From: Perkinsus olseni
Taxonomy: Eukaryota
Assembly (NCBI GenBank): GCA_013115125.1
Contig: JABANN010000121.1
Span: 1-64,000 of the forward strand
DNA: 64,000 bases
Reading direction: 5' to 3'
Shown here piece by piece: positions 49,014 to 60,736 of this stretch; the stretch's first letter is position 1; every line of letters begins with the position of its first letter. The translations under genes and the position numbers were made by a program. A model generated the notes under the pieces. That model made no database searches, was not told the DNA's origin, and saw only the letters and a program-made list of their open reading frames with translations.

Positions 49014-50762
49014 TAGAAAACCTCTTTACGCAGCCCGTCTCATCAGACTCATCAGGCAATTTGGCAAGTAAAACAAATAAATGGACCCACAGTGAAGTCA
49101 TTGTGAAGGGCCACGTTGGTGCCGAAGAACACGTGGTCGCCACGTACAGACTGTACGGTGCTTTCGTAAAATCACGTTAGCTTACAGTGCTTTTATGTCA
49201 TAATCTACGGCTTATATGTGATAATTTATGATTCATGCCATCATGTGACACTGATTCAGTGCCGCATGATGGCACATGATGCGCCATGATGCCATCTGTC
49301 TTCTATACCTCTACCAGGTACTTAACCCACTGGGAGTTGTGTATTTTTGTTTATCGGTTTACACTGCTTATCAGGTGCTATATAGTGAGAGTTACAATGG
49401 GGAAACCGGTTACAGTGTGAGGCTCTTGAAGGATCATAACCGTCTTCAAGATTCTGCTTCAACGTGGTTACTCTTTGTCGGTTAGTCTTCTTGTCGAAGC
49501 TTGTTGAAGGTACGGCAAAATATCCTGTACAAAACTTCTGCCTCCTAGCAAAAAATGGTTCCCGCACAGCTTAAGCTTTTTACCAAGTCTCGGGACCTTT
49601 GTGCCCAGTCCCTCGTTTTCACAAGAGTCGCTAAGTACCGGGATAGAGCGAGGGAGCTTTCTGCGGAGAGGAGTATATCACGACTACCATCTCCAGAATT
49701 AGAATCTGTAGACAGTGACCAGGGCACTGTGTCCTAACCTCTAAAAATGCAAGTTAGGGTTCACAGTTCACAGTCAAATGAACATCTTAGCTGGTCGCAG
49801 GTTCGATTCCTAGCGGAGACATGTGTTTCACAAATTTTGCGAAAAGCGGTTGCGGATACAGCGCATCCGATACAACTACTTGAGGACGAGCTTTGGCTAG
49901 GGTTTCCAGTTCAAACTCGATCAAGGTTATCTCTGCACACGTAATTTGCATCTTCAGATGTCCGGTACTGTAGCCTCGTGAGGCAACGTTATCTCTTGGA
50001 GCCTTCCAAACTGCCTTTCATGATGGCATATTGGCGTCCAAAGCTCGTGGATCTGGAATGTAGCGATCCAAAAGTCCTCGCCTTATCTCCTTACTCTTAG
50101 AATCGGTCATCATGAGAGCCATGTGTCGTGGGATGGCCCTCACCGTGTTAATATTTCGAGAGGAAACTGTTATAAGATGCCGCCGGCAGGCCTGTTGGGC
50201 GCGCGATATCCTTACTAGGGATTGTGAGCGGCGCGCAACTGCACGTGTGGCCATTCCGGCATTCGGAACACCAGCATATAGAACTATATCATACTATTGT
50301 AGGGGGCGGACTGAAGAGACCAGGGCAGGCAATAGCGAGATTGCATGATGCAATTTGCATCATGCTCATTAGCGCTGCGGCCGACAACCCAGAACAAATA
50401 CCGGTGAATTCACTCGTATCCTATGACCGTTCCTGGAGCCATCTCCGCCGCCTTTTCCAGTGCCGTCATACGTGGCAAGATATTAGGAGGCGTGAATCGA
50501 GGGAACGAGCTGGACTCGATCGCTAAGCTGACCGAACAAGTTCTTCATTTTTTGAGTGCGCGCAAGCCTCAAAGGCAAAGTGGATGATGTACACTCTCAT
50601 AATTGACACGTCCCATGGAGACGGATTGGGTGCGTGCTGGCGCTTGGCCTGAACGCGTGATCTGCCTGTACATCATTCGCGAGGCGGCTGTGGGCTTCGA
50701 GAAGTAGTCTGTGAAGCTGCTTGTTCCCACGGAAATGAAATTCCCTAAGCGTCAGTTCTCCC

Positions 50763-51638
50763 ATGGCCGATCCACCGCGACGTAGCTTCGCTAATTTAAT
50801 TCCTCATCATAGCGGCTACGGGCTATCAGTCGGGAACACCACCATCCCGTCCTCCCTTGATAAGAGCTCTCCACCCGGGAATTTCGGCAACTTCCCCCGC
50901 CGAAAATGGTCGATGGAAGGAGCTCCGAGGGTCTTGTTGCTTCTTTTTCTTAACGGTGCGGTATTATATTTGGCGCTCAATATGCTTCTTATTCTTATCA
51001 AATATGTCGCCATCCAATACTTCGTGCCTGGCTGGCACATCGAGGTGAGGGAATTCAACCTTGGTCAAGACCCTCCTTCGCTAGGTAGTCCACCTCCTGA
51101 TTTTCTTCATCTTCCTCCAGGCTCGGACTTGGAGGCCCACTTCTCGCTTATGCTGTCGATCACGAATAACCCCTCGTGGTTGAAGGTCACGGTCTCCACC
51201 CTCCAGATGTCCTACGCATTGGGTGCAATCTTGGACGTTCCCTTGGAAGAAAATATCACATTTCATGGAGATAGAGACGTCCCTGTTAGATTCTCAGTAC
51301 CCTTCCACCGGCTTAACGAAATTGGTCATTACTGCCTCCGTCACTTCGTGAGCACCGAGGAGTCCCTCCCACTCGAGATCATTACAGACGCGAAGATTTC
51401 CCTCTTCGGGGTGACCAGTGAGTCCTGTGTAGTGGAAAGTCTCGTTGCTACAAGCTTCTCTGCGAACAACCCTGGCACAATCCCTTTCCCACGGAGGCTA
51501 GTCAAAGGTTGTGAGAAGACCTACGCGAACTTCTTGGAGAAATGGCTAAGCACTAGACACGAGAACGGCTATCCAGTACAGCTCAACCCGCCCTACAGCG
51601 ACTGCTGCCTGCTCATATCGCAAGTGGTAATGGCGTAG
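50763..51638 (+). CDS. Single-TM protein with LEA_2/WHy-like domain, intronless
   Basis: Hydrophobic helix VLLLLFLNGAVLYLALNMLLILI followed by LMLSITNNPSWLKVTVSTLQMSY, resembling the LEA_2 NPN strand. Confidence 0.55.
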   Translation: MADPPRRSFANLIPHHSGYGLSVGNTTIPSSLDKSSPPGNFGNFPRRKWSMEGAPRVLLLLFLNGAVLYLALNMLLILIKYVAIQYFVPGWHIEVREFNLGQDPPSLGSPPPDFLHLPPGSDLEAHFSLMLSITNNPSWLKVTVSTLQMSYALGAILDVPLEENITFHGDRDVPVRFSVPFHRLNEIGHYCLRHFVSTEESLPLEIITDAKISLFGVTSESCVVESLVATSFSANNPGTIPFPRRLVKGCEKTYANFLEKWLSTRHENGYPVQLNPPYSDCCLLISQVVMA

Positions 51639-52451
51639 GCTCCTAGAAGCCAAAGCGCCCTCGTGCGCACACCAGTGATTCTTTATCAATCATTCTTGCC
51701 TGCATCATTCTTTGATGATTTGATTCCCGTCACTTTGCCCAAGATCCACCGATCTTCAGGTCATCAGGTGGCTAGTGTTGTCAGGAGGGATTTGAGGTGC
51801 CACGCAGGCATGCAGCCATGAACCAAGGTCGGCTCGACGAGTACAGTCAACCGGGGAGAGAGCCTTCCGCATCGTCGTAGTTAGTGCAAATGCAGTGTAA
51901 TGCGATGTCACGGCCGTTTTCCGTCTGCCAATGTCTAGTCAACTTGGTGGGCGACAGATGACCATTGATTGATGTCCCGAACAGCAAGGCAAGCGTAGGT
52001 CACCAGCACAAGACGTGCCCTAGATGGATTCACATTATGTGTACCGACGCACATTTCAAGTAGAGCACCCCACTGAGATTTTTGCGAGCGCAGTGGCGTT
52101 CAGCATAACAAACGATAACTCGAGTCATCGACGATAAATGAATCACAGCATGGGCATGCGAACCTTTCGCATCAAGCAAGTTGCCTGAAAGAAGCGGAAG
52201 CTTCGGTAAAGACTAGTGTGACTATGCATGGATAGACATGAGGTGCGTCGGCTTCTTTGCCTTCAATGCTTCGATCACAGAAGAATCGACCTCCGGATTA
52301 GGTTGGCATATTAAATCGTACACTGGCCCCCCGCAGAGATCAACGATCCCGTACCTAGGCAACAATAGCTCCTCTCATTGTGAGTGGCAAACTGAAGCCT
52401 CACATTCGCTGTGTCCTCAGGCGCCTCAGTAGTGATCTGTCCAATTCATCG

Positions 52452-55202
52452 CTAACAAAGACGGCCCAGTGATTCACGAGCACGCAGATACGGCCGCCAA
52501 TAAGAACCTGCAGGAGGAGGGGCAAGTTTCTGCAGTAAACTGACTTGTCTTAGCCTCACCAGTTCAACTTCATCACCAACTCCCGGCAGGAGCGATTCTT
52601 GTAGTTTCATCCACTGCCGGCCATCGTAGAAAGACGTGTATAGCGTTCGCCGCTGAGTGTCCCTCACTCTGCTGCCGACTGGGCTGCTAAAGTTGTATCC
52701 AAACAGGCAGTTATCTGAAGGGAATACCATTCCCAGTTAAGCGTTGAGTTCTACGCTGAGAGGGTTTAACCAATGAGGGTGAGGGGTCCCGCGGTCGAGC
52801 TGACTCACTCTTCTTTCCGGGGATCTCGCTGATGTCGTCTCGTGTCGCAAATCCGATCCCGAACATGCCGTGATGGCCGTCGTCGGTGGGGTAGTTCTGT
52901 ACGCCCCGAACCAAGACCTTGAACGACCTGCAAGACACGGGCGATGCGCTTAATCTCGGGTATAGTCCGATCGACTCACTGGTATATCTCTCCGCCCCTT
53001 CTCCCGCCAAATTGCTCCGACAGGGGGGCGTGGGTGACCGCCCACGTTGCGCCGCAAGGATCGCCGCAAGTTAATTGGTCAGTGGGCGTCCTCAAAAACA
53101 CCCTCTGGCCTTGACACCGGATCGCGCTAGATGCCCTGAGTATGAAAAGCGGTAATAGCTCACCTCACAAGCCGGAACGGTTCTGTTGTGAACTCCTGAG
53201 CGAAGCAGCTGCGACCGTGCCAGAGAGTTATTGGAGGAACAGTAGGCAACGCCAGAGAGTTATTCACGACGCAGGAGATACCAGGATTCAGGATGCAGTA
53301 TTCAGGGGATGCCACACGAAATACCAGCACGCTAACCGCCACGATTCTGCATGAAGCACCGACTCACCACCTGGAAGTTCCAGGCTGGAACACTTACCCT
53401 CTCATGATATTCCGGTCATCTCGAGAATCGCTAGTGACGCTCGTAGCAGAGAACACATCGCTGCTACTGCTGCTGCTGCTGTAGCTCGTGCCATCGCCAA
53501 GGTCACGGCGTGTGCCAAAATGTTGCTCCATCGACTTCCGGAAAACCCGAGCCGCCGAGATCGGTACTCCAGGCGTTGGCGTCTGCGACGAAGTGCTCTC
53601 CGCAACCCGAGGGGGCCTAAATGTCGGAAATGGCTACAAGTCGGGCGCTCGTCATTACCTCGTCGCTAGCACGGACCGTTTCGGTCTACTACTCTCTACC
53701 GAGGCCGTCGATTCGCGGCTGAACGTGCTGTTGCTAAGGGTGTACACACCCATCTCCTCGACTTTTGGCTGGGGCGGTTGCCCCACACCGGATCGAGCCG
53801 ACAGTGGACTGGCGTCGGCAGGGTTCTTAACGCTGCTAATCGTCCTTCCCTTCATCACTTCTTCAGGTATCACGGGACAGGCATCGCCCAGCTTCGCTCC
53901 GCCAGAAAGTTTGAGCTTTCTGAACTCTTCCCAGCCGCTGATTTTTTCTCCCAATGCTAGCCAGTGCTTGTCAGACGAGCGTAGACTCAGCCTAATGGCA
54001 CTCTTGCCGAGGACCTCCAAGAAGATACCCAAAGATTCTCGTGTAGTCGCTAGGTTATATTGCCGTTTATCGAGACCGCTAGTGTCTGACACTACAATCT
54101 TCATGCCTCTCGTGTTCACCGTGAAGGTTCTGTTTCCGAGTACCAAAGCATCGCTTGCGTCCCCGGACAGTATCCACAGTAACGAAAGGAACCTCCCGCC
54201 ACTGAAAGGTCCCAGTTTACATCTTTTCGCCACAGGAGGGAGCACAGAGATGACTGACGGTGTACTACAGTAGACCCTGCCGCGTCCCCGCAACTTCAAC
54301 TCTCCAACCGGTTTGGCGTTGCCATCAGTATGAAGACGCCATACCCCCGAATTAATGGACACCAAACAACATGTCCCCACCGGGAATCGAACCCGCATCT
54401 CTCCCCCGTCCAGCGTTGCCTTCAGTATGAGATTCTCATTACGTCTCACGACGAACTGCTTCATGCCTTCTCCAGCTAGGACTTCCCGATGCCTCATCCA
54501 CTGTCGCCAACCCCGGAAATAGGATTGAATTCTTATCGCAGATCTCCGAATCCTCCAGAGCCTTTGAACGAAGGTTATTGCCCACTCCAATCGTTCCGCT
54601 AACATTTTTGATATTTTACACCGGGTCTTGCCTCCTCGGTACACTGCTTGGATAAGCTTCGCCGCCAGTATCTTTTTCCGTACGCGGGCTAGGATTAACG
54701 CGGCTCCAGTAGCCGATACTATCAGTCCCCGAAACCTACGACGGCGACTTCGGCGAACATCTAGAATTCGTCGGACAACTTTGCCTCGGAAGGCCGCCTG
54801 GAGCTTCATCGCAGCTTCTGTCCTCCTCCAGCGTTCCCGCCAGGCCTCTACGTCATCCCTTGCTTGCGATAAAGTTCGAGAACTATGACGCGCCGCAGCA
54901 CCATCTTCGTCGATAGTGGACACCACGTCCATCCTTGCACGATTTCTCAGTACTCGAAGCGACGATCGGCTTCTTTCGGAGGAGGCCTTCTTCTCTCTGC
55001 TCCTATGTTTTCGTCGCGGAGACCGCCTCGTCGCCTCGGTAGAGCGGGAAGATTCCAGTGACTCAGCCAAATCCGAGCTTGTCACTCGCGACTTGATCTT
55101 CGATTTTCTCTTCGAAGGTTCTCTCCTCGGCTTTCGCCGCGTTCCATCCCCCTCGTCTGCGACGTGTAATGCAGTCGGTGGCGCAAAGTGAACACGACTC
55201 AT
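52452..55202 (-). CDS. IQ-motif (calmodulin-binding) protein, possibly with C-terminal Neuralized-like domain
   Basis: Large exon 53655-55202 with IQ motifs (AAMKLQAAFRG, AAKLIQAVYRG, AIRIQSYFRG). Downstream exons SFKVLVRGV...GMFGIGFAT resemble an NHR domain; linkage inferred. Confidence 0.6.
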
Positions 55203-56007
55203 GTGGAAGGCCACCTCTTGAGATGATTTCGTAGATGCGCAGCACTTATGCGTGCGCCCGATCAATCGATATCTGGCGCGTTCGAGCTTTATCGGCTAAG
55301 CACGCATACGCAGTACTGTCGCGTACTTGGCGGTGCGATGTGGTAGAGGGTAGACGAAATGTGCAGTGTGTTGATTCCATGATAAGTTGCAGCGGCTGGT
55401 TGCTCTCAGTCATCGCAAAACGGGAAGGAGTGTAGAGTCTTTCTTCCTCTGCAATCTAAGCTCACTCTATCGAGAGGGATCAGCTATCCACGCATACGCA
55501 AGGCGATCGGCGCATAATGAGTAACAGTGCCCCAGCACACTCGAGTAGCCAGTCAACTCGACGCCTGGTGTGACGACCTGATGGGATGTCAAACCGCGTT
55601 GCATACCCTTGCAATGGGGCTTTGGATAATGGAACATTTCACAAGGACGTCTCTCTAGAACACCCGATGGCTCTGGATCAGGCTCAGCGTTGGAGTCGAA
55701 GCAATGTGGAAATTGTCCTTGATCAGCATAGCTGGATCGATCCGTTGCGTTTCATAATCTCCTGCGCGTTCGCGACTGGCAACGACCATCGTCCATTTAG
55801 TGGGGCTTCTCCGTATGTGAACCACGGCACTATACATGTGAAGCATGATGGTGACTAGGTGCACGGCTTGCAAACACGAATAATGGAACATTGGGTGCAA
55901 TCTGGAAAGCAGGATCTTAAGGACTAGAGCTTCTTGTGCTGCTTGCGCTAAGGCACCTGCGATGCTCCGTTCGCCGTTATCTTTCTTGTTTTCTCTGTGT
56001 CATCGGA

Positions 56008-58105
56008 ATGGTAACAGCGACACCGGAATGGAAATCGAGAGCCATCACTTCCTTACGACTCGTCCTAGGGAGCATTGTCCTCATTGCGACATGTAGGTCA
56101 CTGAAAAGTTCATCACGCAGCGAAGCAGCTCGCTCAGGCTCCCTTCTGTTGCGGCCCGGCAGGTGGTATGCCTTTCCAACGGGCTCCAGCATCTCTCTTG
56201 AGGCTGAGGTCTCGGACGAACCCATCAGCAGTGGATGCGCCAAATATTTCCCGTCTTATCAATTTACTGCGACCAAGCCCAACTTCACATGCCCCTTTGA
56301 GAACGTGGTGCGGGGTCAAGTTGAGGAGAATACACTGTGTGGCGGCTTCTCGCCGGCAGACAATAATTCGAAAACGTACATTCCTCCTGATCCGGACACG
56401 TTCTGCAACCTGGAACCAATACCCCCGATATGTCTCGAGGAGTCTTTCCGTCGAGTGAAAAGCCAAGACCCCGCCTCCGATGCTCTCAGCTTTGACGATG
56501 ACGAGTATACACCTTTCATGGAGTATCAGAGCGATAGGTGGGGACACTCGGAGGCCGAATCTTCCGCGACGAATAACGCTGGGTCTCCGCGATGCATCTC
56601 CTATTGAGTGATGGCCTGTGCGCGACCCGACACACTTTTAGATACCGGTTTGCCTTGCACGTTCTGGACCACATAGGGTGTGGCCTGAGGTAGCGTGTGC
56701 TTGTTATAGGGTAGATCGTGAACGGTCACAGACAGATACTGGATTACGCAAGGAAACGCTATATCTATCATTCGCCATGGAGCGTTCTTCGGTCACATGC
56801 CGAATGGAAAGTGGGACTTAGTTGACTCTGACTTGGACATCAATATTATTTTGCCTAAGGCTCAAAGCACCGGTAAGAAAATTCTGAGGTGCGTTGTTCT
56901 TGCGGCAGTGTGAGCCCCGAGTTGAGGCGGTTCTGTTCTGTAGGTTTGACGCTGCGACACGTATTCAATCACCTGCAGCATAGCGGTGGGCGAATAAGCT
57001 GCAACGGAAAAGGGTTTTCTGAGAAGACCGTGTGAGCCAGTCAATCGCAGCCTCGGGGTCCCTCTCGGGATGCGCCTTCATTCGCTTCACGTTTGTCAGC
57101 CACTGCTGGGTGCTGTGTCCGAAAGGCCAGAAAGTCTACGGTCTGACACAGCCATGGAAGCACTTGTCGGGTGGTAAGGAATGCCTGATTGAGGAGTACT
57201 GCGCAGTTGATGCTGATAAGAACTGCGGAGCGGTTGAGCTGAAGTGGGCCGCTGAAAATTAGAAATTGATGATTGTTGTGACATTTTAGATTGGTGCGAG
57301 ACCCTTCGCTGTTAACGGACGTTTTCCCGCTACTTCGAGTATGGTCGGGTCTCCCTCCTAGGCAGGAGTACCCAGTATGGGTAGCCGGCAACATAATTCG
57401 AGACGCGAGAGCTCGATCGACTCTGGTTGGCTCGTCTTGCCTGCCCTTCCACGATAAGCCGCTGAATGTGAGCCCGCCGACTGAACTCACGCCCTCCGTG
57501 ATACCGCACTTCTAACAGCTCGCTCGGTTTGCGAATGCTCGTAGAGAGCGGACGCCCGCCGGAGCTCTCACGACGGATCTCACTTTCCCAAGGGGCATAA
57601 GAGTGGCTTCGAATCTTAGCGTTCGAGTCCCAGCTGAGTGCCACTTAGCTGCGGAGATTGCGGGGTTTGGAATCGCCGATACGATCATGCTCTTTGGCCA
57701 TGATTCAGGGTCCGCTCAACATGCCTGCCCTCGCTAGGAAGCATTGCAACCGGTACGAGAAACGACTAGGACCCGAGAAGTATCATGCTCGGTGCGAACA
57801 AGCTCCGCGGTTGAGTACGGAGGAGCTGAGCGAATTGATTGCTCACGCTGAGCGGTTGAACAAGCGAGGGATGCCAAGCTTTTGGGACGCACTCGTGGAG
57901 ATGCTCACAACGAAGCAGTTCGGAGGATGCGCTAAACAAATGCCAAGCGAGCTGCCTGACCTGCAGAAACTCCTCGGGTGATCGCAGCTTGACTCCACTT
58001 AGTGGGTGGTATCATGCGCTGTTGCAATGTCATCATGCCAGGTACGATCCGCTCGCAGCACAGAATGGAGCAGTGAATTTTAGCTCACCACCCAGTGAAC
58101 GCTGA
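56008..58105 (+). CDS. LicD/fukutin-like nucleotidyltransferase-fold protein, type II membrane (multi-exon)
   Basis: N-terminal TM LRLVLGSIVLIATC. Exon ~56735-56850 reads YWITQGNAISIIRHGAFF...DLVDSDLDINII, matching the LicD YWLxxGTLLGAxRHG...DxDxDI motif. Confidence 0.65.
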
Positions 58106-59520
58106 GTCTTCTCTGGTCGACGTGAGCCTGTTGGATGAAAGTGACCGTTTGTGCCTGTCCATTCCATGTTTCTCTGCTGACCGAATGTAACATGAAGTGG
58201 TGGCCTTCGATTGAGTTATGCAGTAAATAAATGCTTGTTCGAGCGTGGGCACGGTTAGGAAAGCATGCTACAATTCCGATGAAGGTATCTCCTCACTATG
58301 TCTCTTGCGTTAAGATTTCTCAAGTGTATAGAATTGCCATGACAGCCGGTACCCCTAGTGCTGAGGGACGTGGCGATTGCACCATGCATGTACGATGTAT
58401 AAGGGAATCTCCGATCGATCTTCTGTGTTGTTTGCCCTCATGGCTGTGGTATACCGGAACACCTTCGATTCTTTCAGCGACGAAGCATTATCATTCCGAC
58501 GTCTTTCTACAACTGAACGTGTGTATTCATAGCGAGGTTGACGACGACACCGTGGCTAAGGCCAAGCCAGCGGGGGCTCCGTGGATGACGAAGATACCAA
58601 CCCGCACATAGGAAGCACTCTTCCGTTATGTGCGCCTTCACCCGACCCAGGCAAACTAAAGACGAAATGCTCAAGTACGAGTAGGAGTGTGCTCCGTACA
58701 ACTAGCTTTCCTGCTTAGAACTCTCGCGAGAACATGCATATAGATAGCGAAACTAATTCAATCTTAATGCTGAGTGCTGTGAACGCAAAATCGAGCATTG
58801 GATGCTCTTACGCGTACAGCCAAGCTTAGTATTCTCCGGAAACAACCCTCTACATCTTTCGTTCAGCTACGACTCTCACGATAACGGACGAAAGTAGACC
58901 GCGTGAACAACACAGTGAACTTGAACGCAACACCATATGTGAGCTGGGATGCCAATATTGACCTATTACGCTACATCCTATTGGAAATCTATACGATCTC
59001 ACAGGCGATTGGCAGTACGAAATGCGCGAATAAAATGATGTCGATGCATACGAAGCAAGCAATCCGCTTCGATTACACAGGAAACTACCAACCCTTAGTA
59101 CCGTCGGAATATAACAGAAGTTCTAGTATCGAACAAGCATCATGCTGGAGAGTGTCCCGCGAGTACCCGAATGACAGGCGCTCTTGACGGGGTACCCTCT
59201 GCCCTATAGGCGTAAAATTGCACAGTATGCACATAACGAAAGCTTATCTTCACATGGCACAACACGCAAATGGCGATGATACCATTCCGATGTTGCGCAC
59301 GCTGTGAAAAGAATCGTATAGAGAATACTTCCTACAAAAGGATACCGACTAGCAACGAACGGGGTGGGTAAAAACGGGCTCGACGCCACGTGTACAACTA
59401 CGAAGTCGCTGACACCTTCCGCAAAATAGTTGCAGTACAGCTCATCGAGGTCGTAATAGAATGATAAGAAACAGTCGATAACTACAGAGGAGCATGAAAG
59501 ATATTCTATCAACTCTTCGC

Positions 59521-60120
59521 TCAGTGAGCCATAGGGCACTTGGTTTCTTCCTTCACGGAAGGCAGGTCAAAGCCTGGAATGTGAGGAGCAGTATGGGAGA
59601 TCTTCACCTCCGACTCGGTTCGGTTACGGAACAGCTTCATAGGGCACTCACCATGTTGAGGACCTTCCTCGGCGCGGTTTTCCGTGAAGGGACCATAGGC
59701 GGCCATGAAGACGCAGAGACCGTGAATGTAGGGCTCTACAAACTCCCGAGGAAGATTGAACTCCTCACAAGCTCTGAACTGCATACGGATCCAGCGATTT
59801 CGCTGTGCCTGCGTGAAGCCAGCCCCGACGTACCCAGCCTCCTTAGGTGCTGTTGCACGATGAGGGCAGTGCTGTGCCTTCTTGTGCATAGTGTTGATCA
59901 TCCGAGTACCACCTCGCTTCGTCATTTCATCGTCAAGACCGAGCGCAGTAAACAGCCATCGGCAGAACATCTTGTAGTGAGGCTCTTCCTTGTCCTCGTA
60001 CAAGCAGCCGAGAATGGGGTCCTCGAAAGACAGCTCATAGAATCTCTTCACGACCATGAGGACGGCCTCTCGGCCTCCTACGCGATCGGCCAAATCTGCT
60101 GGGAAAAGGTGCATTACCAT
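59521..60120 (-). CDS. Truncated (2/2) haemoglobin, intronless
   Basis: LADRVGGREAVLMVVKRFY...DPIL, candidate proximal His in NTMHKK, and QRNRWIRMQFRAC (trHbO-like G-helix RxxW). Confidence 0.8.
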   Translation of the reverse strand: MVMHLFPADLADRVGGREAVLMVVKRFYELSFEDPILGCLYEDKEEPHYKMFCRWLFTALGLDDEMTKRGGTRMINTMHKKAQHCPHRATAPKEAGYVGAGFTQAQRNRWIRMQFRACEEFNLPREFVEPYIHGLCVFMAAYGPFTENRAEEGPQHGECPMKLFRNRTESEVKISHTAPHIPGFDLPSVKEETKCPMAH

Positions 60121-60736
60121 GATTTAATTTACAAAGAAAATGAAACTGGTAAGCGCACACGCGGTCTTCGAACTCTTCTGCAGCCTCATGTTGATATTCG
60201 TAGAGAACATGGTTTTTTTTGAGTGGAAACGAAATTATACACGTCTGACATGGTAGATTATACATGGTAGAGAACATGGTTAGAGTGCTTCACCTCAACG
60301 TGAACAACCGATCTGTGTCCACTGATGCTGCACGCGTACCCCTCAATCTTGGCTACCTTGCCAACCTCGCAATTTCTCTGTCCTCCGCGTTGTCGCGGTA
60401 TGGGGGGCGTGTCATCACTGATGATGCATCGGCTGTGGGGCTATGGTTCCCTATTTGATCCATTTTTAGACGAAACGCTGCCGATCGGGCTTTCGGCTGT
60501 CTCTGGATAACCTTTAAAACGTTATGCAAGAAGCGCGATAATCGTTCGATACCGGAAACCACTGCCGGGCAGGCCGCGATGTATCGCATCCCCGTGATGT
60601 GCTCCTCGAAGGGGCTCAATCTACGAACGCATATCTTGCGCTCTCCCGCGTAATCTACTAGCCTCGCACGCATTGAAAGCCATGCGCGATTACCATCTTT
60701 ACAATCCAATAAGCTTTGTGTGGCAGTTGTTCAGTC

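Noticed and set aside
49785-49820. GGTCGCAGGTTCGATTCCT, tRNA B-box-like
   Set aside because: No D arm, anticodon arm or acceptor stem found; at most a fragment.
59494-60222. 242-aa ORF antisense to the globin, plus antisense ORFs over the GFAT copies (e.g. 21631-22608) and at 34594-35301
   Set aside because: Shadow ORFs caused by codon bias or repeats; no recognisable domains.
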